From: Candidatus Hydrogenedentota bacterium
Lineage (GTDB): Bacteria > Hydrogenedentota > Hydrogenedentia > Hydrogenedentales > SLHB01
Length of the DNA: 28,662 nt
Assembly (NCBI GenBank): GCA_029974275.1
Contig: JARKSN010000137.1
Location: forward strand, 1 to 28,662
Direction: 5' to 3'
Below the pieces are notes generated by a model, which was not told the DNA's origin, did no database searches, and saw only the letters and a program-made list of their open reading frames with translations. The position numbers and the translations under genes are program-made. Positions 1 to 8,162 of this stretch are shown here, piece by piece (within the stretch, counting starts at the first letter, position 1; each line of letters opens with the position of its first letter).

Positions 1-762
1 GAATTCCTTTTTTTTCAACAGTCCGTTGAGGACTTTGATGACCATGCTCTGCGCTTGGGGGGGCGGGGGCTGGCCTGTCGAAAGGGAGGATAATCCTTGC
101 CGTTGTTTGGGATCGAGCAAGGACATGAGCCGTTTGCCCGGGGAAGGTGCGGACGCGGCTCCTTGATCGTGCAAGGTTTTCAGGAAGAGCGGCCAATCGG
201 AGACATCGTCCGTCGACAATAGCCAGGAAGCGCCGGGCTGTTTGTCGCCGGGTTGTTTGTCGTCGGGCTCCGTATTTTTTCCGAACGACACGCCGGTAGC
301 CCTGAGGTTTTCGATGGCAGTTTCGCCGGTTTGGCTGTTGTAGGTCACTTTGTCGCCCATGAATTGGCTGATCTCGGCGGTGGAGCCGACCACGTCGCCG
401 GTGAAGATCATGCTGTTGGTGGAGAGATTCAACAGGGCGTATTTCGAGCGGATTTTCGCCTGGGGACTGTCCACGGCGACATTTCCTTTCAACTCGACCC
501 TATCGGGGCGTCCGCCTTCCGTGGCGGGAGAGGCGACGATGACTTCGTCGGCCTGGATGCGCGTCGGACGTTCCTCGCCTTCGGAGTAGATGGCGGCGCG
601 CACGTCGCCTTTGAAGTACATCGCTTTGTCTTTGGCGATGTTCGACGTATTCGCGCTGATGTCCATGCGCGACGCGCCGGGCGCTTGGGCCGCCGCGGAG
701 GTTGTCGCGGCGCATGCGATCAGGGCCAATGCCATCGTCGTGAATTTTTGGCGCTTCCTCAT
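1..762 (-). CDS. lptA: LptA/OstA-like periplasmic beta-jellyroll protein with C-terminal extension (3' end runs off the window)
   Basis: Not in the ORF track; translated by hand from ATG 762 and open to base 1 (MRKRQKFTTMALALIACAATTSAAAQ...MYFKGDVRA...VELKGNVAV...MIFTGDVVG...). It has a Sec signal peptide and repeated 'GxV' jellyroll strands, and its start overlaps the lptC stop (ATGA). Confidence 0.6.
   Translation of the reverse strand, partial: MRKRQKFTTMALALIACAATTSAAAQAPGASRMDISANTSNIAKDKAMYFKGDVRAAIYSEGEERPTRIQADEVIVASPATEGGRPDRVELKGNVAVDSPQAKIRSKYALLNLSTNSMIFTGDVVGSTAEISQFMGDKVTYNSQTGETAIENLRATGVSFGKNTEPDDKQPGDKQPGASWLLSTDDVSDWPLFLKTLHDQGAASAPSPGKRLMSLLDPKQRQGLSSLSTGQPPPPQAQSMVIKVLNGLLKKKEF
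231..269. repeat. 15-bp tandem repeat (~2.5 copies) encoding a DKQPG linker in the LptA-like ORF
   Basis: cgccgggctgtttgt / cgccgggttgtttgt / cgtcgggct. Confidence 0.7.
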
Positions 763-1337
763 GACTCGTCCTTCCCGCTGAACTCGAACGATCCTTGCAC
801 TTTGTGTAACTGGATGTATTGCGTTGGGTCGGGTCCTGGATCGGGGCGCAGTCGCATCCCTTCTGCGCGCATGGTCATCCCTTGTCCCGTAATGGTCACG
901 GGATGATCGGTGCGCGCTTCTCGTTCGCTGTCGATCCAGGTAATCTCTTCCATCTCTATCGTATACGTTCCCGTTTCCAGGGTGACGCCTCCTCCGAGGG
1001 TGGCGCTTTTGCTGACGCCGTCAAATCGCGCGTTTGCGGAATGGAGAAGGTGTTCCGCGTTGTCGCGTCCGTACAGCTTCGCCTGGGCGTCTTCGATTTG
1101 CCAGAGGTTCTCGCCCAGCAGCTTACACTGTGGCGAGGTGACTTCAAAACTCGGTTTCGGGTTGGCGGTTCCCAAGGCATCGTCGAAAAACGCCAGGCGC
1201 ATGCTGCCCCACATGCTGAAGTTCGAGGAGGCTGCCGGAGCGGGCGTTCCGGATGGCGGCGTCGCGGGCGGGACCTTTGCGGAACCGCATCCCGCAAGGG
1301 CCGCCAGGATCGCCGCTATGGCCGTCCCGCGAACCAT
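759..1337 (-). CDS. lptC: LptC-like LPS export protein, with lipoprotein-type signal
   Basis: Start reassigned to ATG 1337, just after the coaX stop (MVRGTAIAAILAALAGCGS). The C-terminal half reads as an LptC jellyroll (ARFDGVSKSATLGGGVTL...EEITWIDSEREARTDHPVTITGQGMTMRAEGMRL). It lies directly upstream of the lptA-like gene. Confidence 0.65.
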   Translation of the reverse strand: MVRGTAIAAILAALAGCGSAKVPPATPPSGTPAPAASSNFSMWGSMRLAFFDDALGTANPKPSFEVTSPQCKLLGENLWQIEDAQAKLYGRDNAEHLLHSANARFDGVSKSATLGGGVTLETGTYTIEMEEITWIDSEREARTDHPVTITGQGMTMRAEGMRLRPDPGPDPTQYIQLHKVQGSFEFSGKDES

Positions 1338-1339
1338 CG

Positions 1340-2113
1340 TTATGCCTTTGTGTTGCGCCGATAGAGCGCCTTGAGCCCTTTCAGCGTCAGGTATGGATCG
1401 ATGTGATCGATGCGGCGCGCAATCCCGGCAACGGCTTCGACCAATCCGCCGGTCGCGACGACGGTGGGAGGCGTTCCCATTTCCTCGGCCATGCGCGTGA
1501 TGAGGCCGTCGACCAAATCCGCATAGCCGTAGGTCAGCCCCGATCGGATATGGGTCACGGTGTCGCGGCCAATGACGTTGGGGGGGCGGGATATCTCGAC
1601 GCGCGGGAGTTTCGCGCATTTTTCGAACAGGGCGTCCGCACTGATGGCAATGCCGGGAACGATGACGCCGCCTCGGTATTCGGCGTTGGCTGTAATGGCG
1701 TCGAAGGTCGTAGCCGTGCCAAAATCAAGCACGATGAGGGGAACGTCCGGAAAGGCGTCGACGGCGGCGACGGCGTTGACGATGCGGTCGGCTCCGACTT
1801 CTTTGGGGTTCTCGACCTGGATCGTCAGGCCGGTCTTCAGGCCCGGCCCCACCATGATCGGCTCGACGCCGAATGCGGCGCGGGCCGCCGCCAACACGTC
1901 CCGGTTCAAGGGGGGAACAACGCTGGAGATGCAGCATCCCGTGACGTCGTGCGCCGCGAGGCCTTCCTGGTGGAGGAACATGTGGAGGAAAATGCGCAGT
2001 TCGTCTTCCGTGCGATGGGCCTCGCTGACAATGCGCCAATGGCCGCGCAGATCCTCGCCTTCATAGAGGCCTATAACGGTGTTCGAATTGCCTACGTCCA
2101 TCACCGCCAACAT
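1340..2113 (-). CDS. coaX: Type III pantothenate kinase
   Basis: Motifs DVGNSNTVIG, ISSVVP, EVGADRIVNA, VLDFGTATTFD, GGVIVPG, VVATGG, LTLKGL. Confidence 0.96.
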   Translation of the reverse strand: MLAVMDVGNSNTVIGLYEGEDLRGHWRIVSEAHRTEDELRIFLHMFLHQEGLAAHDVTGCCISSVVPPLNRDVLAAARAAFGVEPIMVGPGLKTGLTIQVENPKEVGADRIVNAVAAVDAFPDVPLIVLDFGTATTFDAITANAEYRGGVIVPGIAISADALFEKCAKLPRVEISRPPNVIGRDTVTHIRSGLTYGYADLVDGLITRMAEEMGTPPTVVATGGLVEAVAGIARRIDHIDPYLTLKGLKALYRRNTKA

Positions 2114-2116
2114 GGA

Positions 2117-2857
2117 CTAGACCCCTTCAACCACGTGTATTTCGCCGGAGATCAAACGGCGATCGCCTTGCCGCGTGCGCAATACCAGCGCCCCTTGGGT
2201 GTCGATATCCACCACGGTTCCCTCGAGGCCGTCCGAGCGCACCATGCGCCCTTTGATGCGGCATGCATCGGCCCATTCCTCGCGCACGCGGTCGTAGTCG
2301 CCGGATCGCAATACCATGACCTGTTCGTCGAAGGCCGTCAAAACCGCGTGGAGGATGGCGCCCCGATCGCAGGAGCGGCCAGTCCCCCACTCCACGGACG
2401 TCGCTTTGTCTTTCAGATCAGGGGGGAAGTCGTCCGGGCGATGATGGACGTTGATCCCGATGCCCACGACGGTTCGTCCGCTGCGTTGTTCGACGAGAAT
2501 GCCGCAGAATTTTTTGCCGTCCAGCAACAAATCGTTGGGCCATTTTATCGCGGGGGCGCATATGGGGTCCAACGCGTTGCGCACGGCAAGGGCCGCCGCC
2601 AGGGATATGCCGTCGAGCGCATCTTCCAGCGCGATGCTGAACCATAGCCCCAACCCTGGCGCGCTGTGCCAGCTCCGTCCGTGGCGCCCCTTGCCGGCCG
2701 TCTGCGTTTCAGCGATGACGACCGTGCCGTCTCCCCCCGCTTCCCATGCGAGAAGGTTTGTCGAGGCGGTCTTGTCGCATAGCACGAGGCGCGATCCGAC
2801 GACGACGGTTCGCGGCGTGGGGATGCGCAACGGAGTCAATCGGGCGTTCTCAGACAT
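2117..2857 (-). CDS. birA: Biotin--[acetyl-CoA-carboxylase] ligase lacking an N-terminal HTH (monofunctional type)
   Basis: STN, AETQTAGKGRHGRSW, IKWPNDLL, KFCGILVE, VVGIGINV and a C-terminal GALVL/SGEI. At 246 aa there is no room for a DNA-binding domain. Confidence 0.93.
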   Translation of the reverse strand: MSENARLTPLRIPTPRTVVVGSRLVLCDKTASTNLLAWEAGGDGTVVIAETQTAGKGRHGRSWHSAPGLGLWFSIALEDALDGISLAAALAVRNALDPICAPAIKWPNDLLLDGKKFCGILVEQRSGRTVVGIGINVHHRPDDFPPDLKDKATSVEWGTGRSCDRGAILHAVLTAFDEQVMVLRSGDYDRVREEWADACRIKGRMVRSDGLEGTVVDIDTQGALVLRTRQGDRRLISGEIHVVEGV

Positions 2858-3701
2858 TGGCGATCTCGAGCGAGATGTCCACGGCGGGCGCGGAATGAGT
2901 CAACGCGCCAACGGATACGACATGGACTCCGGTGGCGGCGACATCGCGAAGGCGTTCAAGGGTGATGTTGCCGCTGGCCTCGAGGATCACGTCAAGCCCC
3001 CGGACGCGTTCGACCGCCTGCCGCATCTCGTCGATCCCCATATTGTCGAGCAGGACGGCGTCGGCGCCGGCCTCGATCGCTTGCTCCAATTCGTCGAGAT
3101 TCGTCACTTCCACGCCGATCTTCATCAGGTGGTGGGTGACGCGCTCGGCGCCCTGGACGGCCTTGGCTATTCCGCCCGCGCCGACGATGTGGTTTTCTTT
3201 GATGAGAACGCCGTCGAACAAGGCGTAGCGGTGGTTGGAGGCGCCGCCATGCACCACTGCCTGTTTTTCAAGTTGACGCAGGAGCGGCGTTGTTTTGCGA
3301 GTGTCGCACAAGCGCACGTTCAGGCCTTCGACCGCGGCGACGTATCTGGCCGTGGTCGTGGCGATTCCCGAAAGGTGTTGCAGGAAATTGAGGGCCACGC
3401 GCTCGCCCATGAGGACCGCGCGCGTATAGCCTTGGAATCGCGCAATGATATCGCCCTTGGCAAACCGATGGCCGTCTGCCAAGGCATGGTAATCCGTGAT
3501 TTCCGCGTCGAGACAATCGAACACGGCGCGGAATGCAAGAATCCCGCTCAGCACGCCGTTCTGTTTGGCCAACAGTGTGGCCTCGCACCGAACTTTCTCG
3601 GGAATGGTCGCGTTGGTTGTGATGTCGCCTTGACCGATATCTTCGTCCAAGGCCACTCGAACAAGGGTGACAAGCCAGCGCCTCACGCGTCTCTCCTCCA
3701 C
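2850..3701 (-). CDS. nadC: Nicotinate-nucleotide pyrophosphorylase (quinolinate phosphoribosyltransferase)
   Basis: ALDEDIGQGDITT, ERVALNFLQHLSGIAT, DTRKTTP, NHRYAL, LIKENH, VLLDNM, EASGNI, SVGALTHSA. An alternative GTG start at 3686 has a better RBS (GGAGGAG). Confidence 0.96.
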   Translation of the reverse strand: MEERRVRRWLVTLVRVALDEDIGQGDITTNATIPEKVRCEATLLAKQNGVLSGILAFRAVFDCLDAEITDYHALADGHRFAKGDIIARFQGYTRAVLMGERVALNFLQHLSGIATTTARYVAAVEGLNVRLCDTRKTTPLLRQLEKQAVVHGGASNHRYALFDGVLIKENHIVGAGGIAKAVQGAERVTHHLMKIGVEVTNLDELEQAIEAGADAVLLDNMGIDEMRQAVERVRGLDVILEASGNITLERLRDVAATGVHVVSVGALTHSAPAVDISLEIANV

Positions 3702-3716
3702 GTATGCAAACGGCGG

Positions 3717-3746
3717 AGTGTATCATGATTGGGGGAGCAATTGCGA
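3717..3746 (-). promoter_or_regulatory. Candidate sigma70-type promoter for the nadC operon
   Basis: Minus strand reads TCGCAA-N18-TACACT, with an extended -10 TG, shortly upstream of nadC. Confidence 0.35.
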
Positions 3747-3806
3747 TATCGAGATGCCGAGACATCGCGCGTTGGACGCAATGGGTTTGTTTCCTTTGGG
3801 AAAACT

Positions 3807-3855
3807 GCGCAGATTTTGCGCGCTTTGATCCGATCTGGGTGAGCATGGGTTGCAC
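3807..3855 (+). promoter_or_regulatory. Candidate upstream activator sites for a sigma54 enhancer-binding protein
   Basis: Perfect inverted repeat GCGCA-gattt-TGCGC (3807-3821) and a related GAGCA-tgggt-TGCAC (3841-3855). They are centred about 119 and 85 bp upstream of the predicted start site (~3933). Confidence 0.45.
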
Positions 3856-3906
3856 GCCTGAAGGGACGAGGGGCGTGCAGAGGGGCGAATGTGCGGAAAT
3901 ATTTGA

Positions 3907-3922
3907 CGGCACAAGAATTGCT
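3907..3922 (+). promoter_or_regulatory. Sigma54 (-24/-12) promoter
   Basis: CGGCACAAGAATTGCT, with GG(3908-09)-N10-GC(3920-21), closely matches the consensus TGGCAC-N5-TTGCW. It lies 70 bp before the first plus-strand gene, and a sigma54 activator is encoded at the end of the same block. Confidence 0.8.
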
Positions 3923-3991
3923 TCTAGTCAATCGTGAGCGTGATGGCGTAGAATGAAGGCGCCAAGAATCGAACAAAAAGGAGATACGGTC

Positions 3992-4585
3992 ATGAAACTT
4001 TTGATAGCGTTCGTCGTGGTCCTGTTTGCCGGCGCGACCATGATCTTCACCGGCAGCAACGCCGTTTGGGCGCAGGATGAAAGGCCGCGCATGGATCGGG
4101 AGCGGGATGGAAATTCTCCGGGCGGCGGCAGGCGCGGCAACGCGGATCCGGCGCAGATGACCGAGCGCATGATGAATCGAATGAAAGAAGGCATGGAGGC
4201 CACCGATGAAGAGTGGCAGGTTATAGCGCCGCGTCTTCGAAAAGTGATGGAGCTTCAGCCTATGCCGCGGTTTGGCGGAATGGGCCCCCGTCAGGGACGT
4301 CCGGCGGAGGCGCAGGGCACTGCGACGCAGGGACCTGCGGGCGGGCAAGCCCGGGGCGGCGCACGAGGGCCGTTTGCCGGAGCCAATGTGCCGGAGGCGG
4401 ATGCGTTGCAAAAGGCGATCGATTCCAAGGAATCGACCAATGAAGAGCTAAAGCAGGCCATGAAGGCCTACCGCGACGCTCGAAGCAAGCAGGAGAAGGA
4501 GTTGCAGCGCGCCCGGCAGGAACTTCGAGATGTGCTGACGTTGCGTCAAGAAGCCCAGCTCATGTTGATGCGCCTTCTAGACTGA
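3992..4585 (+). CDS. Secreted helical protein with LTxxQ motif (Spy/CpxP/ZraP-like)
   Basis: RBS AAGGAG at 3978-3983 and a signal peptide MKLLIAFVVVLFAGATMIFTGSNAVWA|Q. It has Gly/Arg/Met-rich loops and a coiled-coil C-half ending ...RQELRDVLTLRQEAQLMLM. Confidence 0.6.
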   Translation: MKLLIAFVVVLFAGATMIFTGSNAVWAQDERPRMDRERDGNSPGGGRRGNADPAQMTERMMNRMKEGMEATDEEWQVIAPRLRKVMELQPMPRFGGMGPRQGRPAEAQGTATQGPAGGQARGGARGPFAGANVPEADALQKAIDSKESTNEELKQAMKAYRDARSKQEKELQRARQELRDVLTLRQEAQLMLMRLLD

Positions 4586-4606
4586 CGTGTTTGTTGCGAA
4601 GATGAG

Positions 4607-4671
4607 GCCTTCCTGCATGCGCCGCTGCGTGCAGGAAGGCGTTTGTCCATGCAGCGCCGTCTGCATTTTTT
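4607..4671 (+). terminator. Two consecutive hairpins, the second followed by a T-tract (intrinsic terminator-like)
   Basis: gccttcctgcatgc-gccgct-gcgtgcaggaaggc (14-bp stem with one G-U pair, 4607-4640), then atgcag-cgccgt-ctgcat followed by ttttt (4649-4671). Confidence 0.6.
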
Positions 4672-4744
4672 CGCGGCGCAACGCGGAGCGCATCTCGCCG
4701 TTTTTTCCGGGCGGGTTGCGCGTTGATGAAGCGTTTGGAACGGT

Positions 4745-6436
4745 GTGAAAGTCGCACGCATGATGAGCGAATTGCTGGATGACATGGTGGCTTCCCGTCA
4801 GATTTCCGCGGGAGACGCCGCGTGCTTGAAACAACAGGTTCAGGATCGCGGGACGGATGCGGCGCAGACCGAGAGTTCGGTGCTGCGCTGGCTAGCCCGC
4901 GAGTATGATATCGCTTATACGGACCTGGAGGGACTTGAGCCGGACCGGGAGGTATTGTCCCTTTTTCCCGCCCGGGTGCTTCTGAAGCAGGAGCTTCTGC
5001 CGCTTCGCCGGGCGGAAGGGGCGATCGAGATTGCCTTGAGCCATCTTTTCGCGACGGAAGGCCTGGATATGCTCAAGGCCTTGACAGGCGTCCGGTTCAA
5101 GCCGGTGTTGGCGCCGCGCGAGGCGATCCGCCGCGAACTGAAGAAGCATTTGGGGGTGGGAGCGGATACGCTGGACACGATCGAGGAGCGATCGCCCATT
5201 CAGGTGCTGGAGGACGGAGACGAAGAGGACGTGGATTTGGCGGAGGCCGCCGAGGATGCGTCGATCATCCGGTTCGTCAATCAGGTATTGACCGACGCCA
5301 TCGCGTTTCGCGCCACGGACATCCACCTCGAGCCTTTCGAGGATGAGTTGCGCATCCGGTATCGGATTGATGGCGTGCTCCAGGATGTGCCGATGCCGGC
5401 TCAACTCAAGCGGTACCAGCCGGCGATTGTGTCGCGCATCAAAATTTTGAGCCGCCTGGACATCGCCGAGAAACGGCTTCCGCAGGATGGACGCATCAAG
5501 GTCCGGCTGAAGGACAAGGAAGTGGACGTGCGCGTTTCGCTCATTCCGATGTTGCACGGCGAGGCGGCCGTGTTGCGATTGCTGCAGCAAGACGCCGCCT
5601 TGGAGGGCTTGACGCGCTTGAAAATGGGGCCGCGCGAGCAGCGGCTCTTTGAACGGCTCCTGGGCGTGCCGCACGGGATTATCCTTGTCACGGGGCCTAC
5701 GGGAAGCGGCAAAACGACGACCCTCTACGCTGCGTTGAATCAGATCAACGACAGTTCGCGCAAGATCGTGACCATCGAGGATCCGGTCGAGTATCACATA
5801 CGCGGGATCAACCAAATTCAGGTGTCCGAAAAAGCCGGTCTGACGTTCGCCCGAGGCTTGCGTTCCATATTGCGCCACGATCCCGATGTCATCCTCATTG
5901 GCGAAATCCGCGACGCCGAAACCGCCCAGATCGCCGTCCAGGCGTCGCTGACGGGCCATCTCGTTTTTTCGACGCTGCACACAAACGACGCGCCCGGCGC
6001 CGTGACCCGACTGGTGGACATGGGCGTGGAGCCCTATCTGGTCGCTTCCTCGTTGGAGGCGTGCATGGCGCAGCGTCTGGTGCGTGTTTTGTGCGCCCAT
6101 TGCAAGGAGGTGGATCGATCGGCTACGGCGCATGCCCTTGCGCGCCAGATCGAGTTGCCCGAGGGCGTTTCCCTTTTTCGCGCGATGGGCTGCGAGCGGT
6201 GTCGCCATACGGGGTTTCAAGGACGTCGCGCCATCTTTGAGCAGATGCTCATGACCGATGAGATTCGGCAGTTGATTCTGGGACAGTGTTCTTCGGTGTC
6301 CATACGCGAAACTGCCCGGCGCCAGGGAATGCGGCTTCTTGCCGAAGACGGTTGGCGGCTGGTGCGTGAAGGCGCTACGACGGTGGATGAGGTGTTGCGC
6401 GTTTCAAAAAATCAATCGTTTGACGAAGCAGGTTGA
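4745..6436 (+). CDS. gspE: Type II secretion ATPase GspE/PulE
   Basis: ATDIHLEP, LDIAEKRLPQDGR, Walker A GPTGSGKTT, TIEDPVEY, LRHDPDVILIGEIRD, STLHTNDA, and a Zn module CAHC...CERC. The start may be ATG 4760. Confidence 0.95.
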   Translation: MKVARMMSELLDDMVASRQISAGDAACLKQQVQDRGTDAAQTESSVLRWLAREYDIAYTDLEGLEPDREVLSLFPARVLLKQELLPLRRAEGAIEIALSHLFATEGLDMLKALTGVRFKPVLAPREAIRRELKKHLGVGADTLDTIEERSPIQVLEDGDEEDVDLAEAAEDASIIRFVNQVLTDAIAFRATDIHLEPFEDELRIRYRIDGVLQDVPMPAQLKRYQPAIVSRIKILSRLDIAEKRLPQDGRIKVRLKDKEVDVRVSLIPMLHGEAAVLRLLQQDAALEGLTRLKMGPREQRLFERLLGVPHGIILVTGPTGSGKTTTLYAALNQINDSSRKIVTIEDPVEYHIRGINQIQVSEKAGLTFARGLRSILRHDPDVILIGEIRDAETAQIAVQASLTGHLVFSTLHTNDAPGAVTRLVDMGVEPYLVASSLEACMAQRLVRVLCAHCKEVDRSATAHALARQIELPEGVSLFRAMGCERCRHTGFQGRRAIFEQMLMTDEIRQLILGQCSSVSIRETARRQGMRLLAEDGWRLVREGATTVDEVLRVSKNQSFDEAG

Positions 6437-6472
6437 TGGAGCATAGATAGGAAAAGGGAGCGATAGCGCGCT

Positions 6473-7699
6473 GTGTCCATGCACTACCGAGCGGTGCGCC
6501 ACGACGGCGCAATCGTCGAGGGCCGTTTGCAGGCGGCCGGTCGCGAGGAAGCCCTGCGCCTGCTGGAGAGTGAAGGGCTTCGCCCTATCGCCGTCACGGA
6601 TTCCGCGGTTTCGACGGGAACGCGAGTGCATGGCCTCTGGGCGCGGCCCGATAGAGACAAGAGGCTTCCGCATCGCGTGGTGGAGGAATTCACCCGGTAA
6701 TTGTCCAGTCTGCTTGCGGCCGGCGTATCGCTCAGCCGGTCTTTGAGCATTCTCCATCGCGAAGCGACCCTGCCCGCCGCCAAGGCGCAGTGGAAGGCCA
6801 TCCATGATTCCGTCGTGGACGGCATGCCATTGGCCGCCGCGATGGCCAAACATCCGAGAACCTTCCCCAAAGTCTACATTGCCATGATTCAAGCGGGCGA
6901 GACCGGCGGGTTCCTTGCCGCGGTGTTGGGCCAGATCGCCGACTTCCAGAACCGCAGCCGTGAAATGCGCGGCAAGGTGGGATCCGCGATGATCTATCCG
7001 GCGGTGCTGTTGATGCTGGCGGTCGTGGTGCTTGTTTTTTTGATGGTGTTTTTCATTCCGCGCTTCAAAATGATCTTCGCGGGATTTGGGGCGCAGTTGC
7101 CGCTTATCACGCGGGTTATTGTCGGATGCAGCGAGGGTTTGTCGCAGTATGGCATATACATTGCGGCGGCGGCGGCGGGTGTCGCCGTTTGGGGGCGTCA
7201 CTGGCTCAAAACGGAACGCGGCAGCCGCGTCTGGCAGCGGCTGCTGTTGCGCATGCCATTGGTGGGGCCTCTAAAGGGGCGTTATGCCATGGCTCGTTTT
7301 TGCCGGATGCTGGGAACGCTTCTCGAGGCGGGGGTTCCCTTGATCTCGGCGTTGCGCGTGGCGTGCGAGTCGCTCGGCAACCAGACGTTGGCCGATGCGT
7401 TGCTTGCGGCGATCGATCGGGTCAAGAAGGGCAGCAGCCTCGCGGCGAGTCTGCGGGATTGCCGATCGATCTTTCCGGGGACGGTCCTCGAAATGGTGAG
7501 CGTCGCGGAAGAAACGGGGCGGCTCGACAGCGAGTTGTTGCGCGTGGCGTCCGTAACCGAGCAGGACTTGGAGCGTCGGCTGCGCACCACGGTCTCGTTG
7601 GTCGAACCGATGATGTTGTTTGTGATGGCGGGGTTTATCGGCGCCATTTTTGTGGGGATGGTGATTCCCATTTTCTCGTTGCAGGATTATATCAAGTGA
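6473..7699 (+). pseudogene. gspF: Type II secretion inner-membrane platform protein GspF/PilC interrupted by one in-frame TAA at 6698-6700
   Basis: ORFs 6473-6700 and 6701-7699 are in the same frame and read ...VEEFTR*LSSLLAAGVSL.... Downstream motifs AGETGG, SAMIYP, RFCRMLGTLLEAGVP, EETGRL and VEP are intact. The stop could also be a sequencing error. Confidence 0.8.
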
Positions 7700-7718
7700 A
7701 CACAAGGAGGAATCGCGG

Positions 7719-8162
7719 GTGGTAACGACACGACACAGCATGCGACAGGGGTTGAGGGGGGCGCGCGATCGGGCAGGTTTCACGTTGGTGGAATTGCTTC
7801 TGGTGCTGGCCATCCTCGCCACCCTGGCGGCCATTGTCATTCCCAAATTCGCGGGACGCACGGAACAGGCCAAACTGACCGCGGCAAAGGCGCAAATCGC
7901 CAATCTTGGCACGGCTCTTGATTCCTACGAGGTCGATACGGGGGCGTATCCCAGTGGAAACGACGGTCTGCGCGCGTTGCTCGAGAGGCCGGGCAATGTC
8001 GATGGATGGCGCGGACCTTACATGAAGCAGGACATTCCTCTGGATCCATGGGGTCATCCCTATGTTTATGAGTTTCCCGGAAAACGCGGCGAAAACCGCT
8101 ATGATTTGTATTCCTTCGGGCCGGACGGACGGGCGGGCACGGACGATGACGTCACGAATTAG
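7719..8162 (+). CDS. gspG: Major pseudopilin GspG
   Basis: RBS AAGGAGG 7704-7710. Class III signal G|FTLVELLLVLAI, plus WRGPY, DPWGHPYVY and YDLYSFGPDG. Confidence 0.95.
   Translation: MVTTRHSMRQGLRGARDRAGFTLVELLLVLAILATLAAIVIPKFAGRTEQAKLTAAKAQIANLGTALDSYEVDTGAYPSGNDGLRALLERPGNVDGWRGPYMKQDIPLDPWGHPYVYEFPGKRGENRYDLYSFGPDGRAGTDDDVTN

Noticed and set aside
253..3728. Long plus-strand ORFs (253-906, 1253-2647, 2451-3728)
   Set aside because: They are antisense shadows of lptA, coaX, birA and nadC, which is expected in GC-rich DNA, and they have no recognisable motifs.
4760..4900. c-di-GMP-binding MshEN motif at the GspE N-terminus
   Set aside because: The RLGxxL...GxI signature is not present (SELLDDMVASRQIS), so binding cannot be claimed.
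4892..6220. 442-aa minus-strand ORF and similar antisense ORFs across the gsp cluster
   Set aside because: They lie wholly opposite well-supported genes and have no motifs or RBS.
6698..6700. Stop-codon reassignment or selenocysteine/pyrrolysine at the gspF stop
   Set aside because: The codon is TAA (not TGA or TAG), and TAA terminates several other genes in the window.
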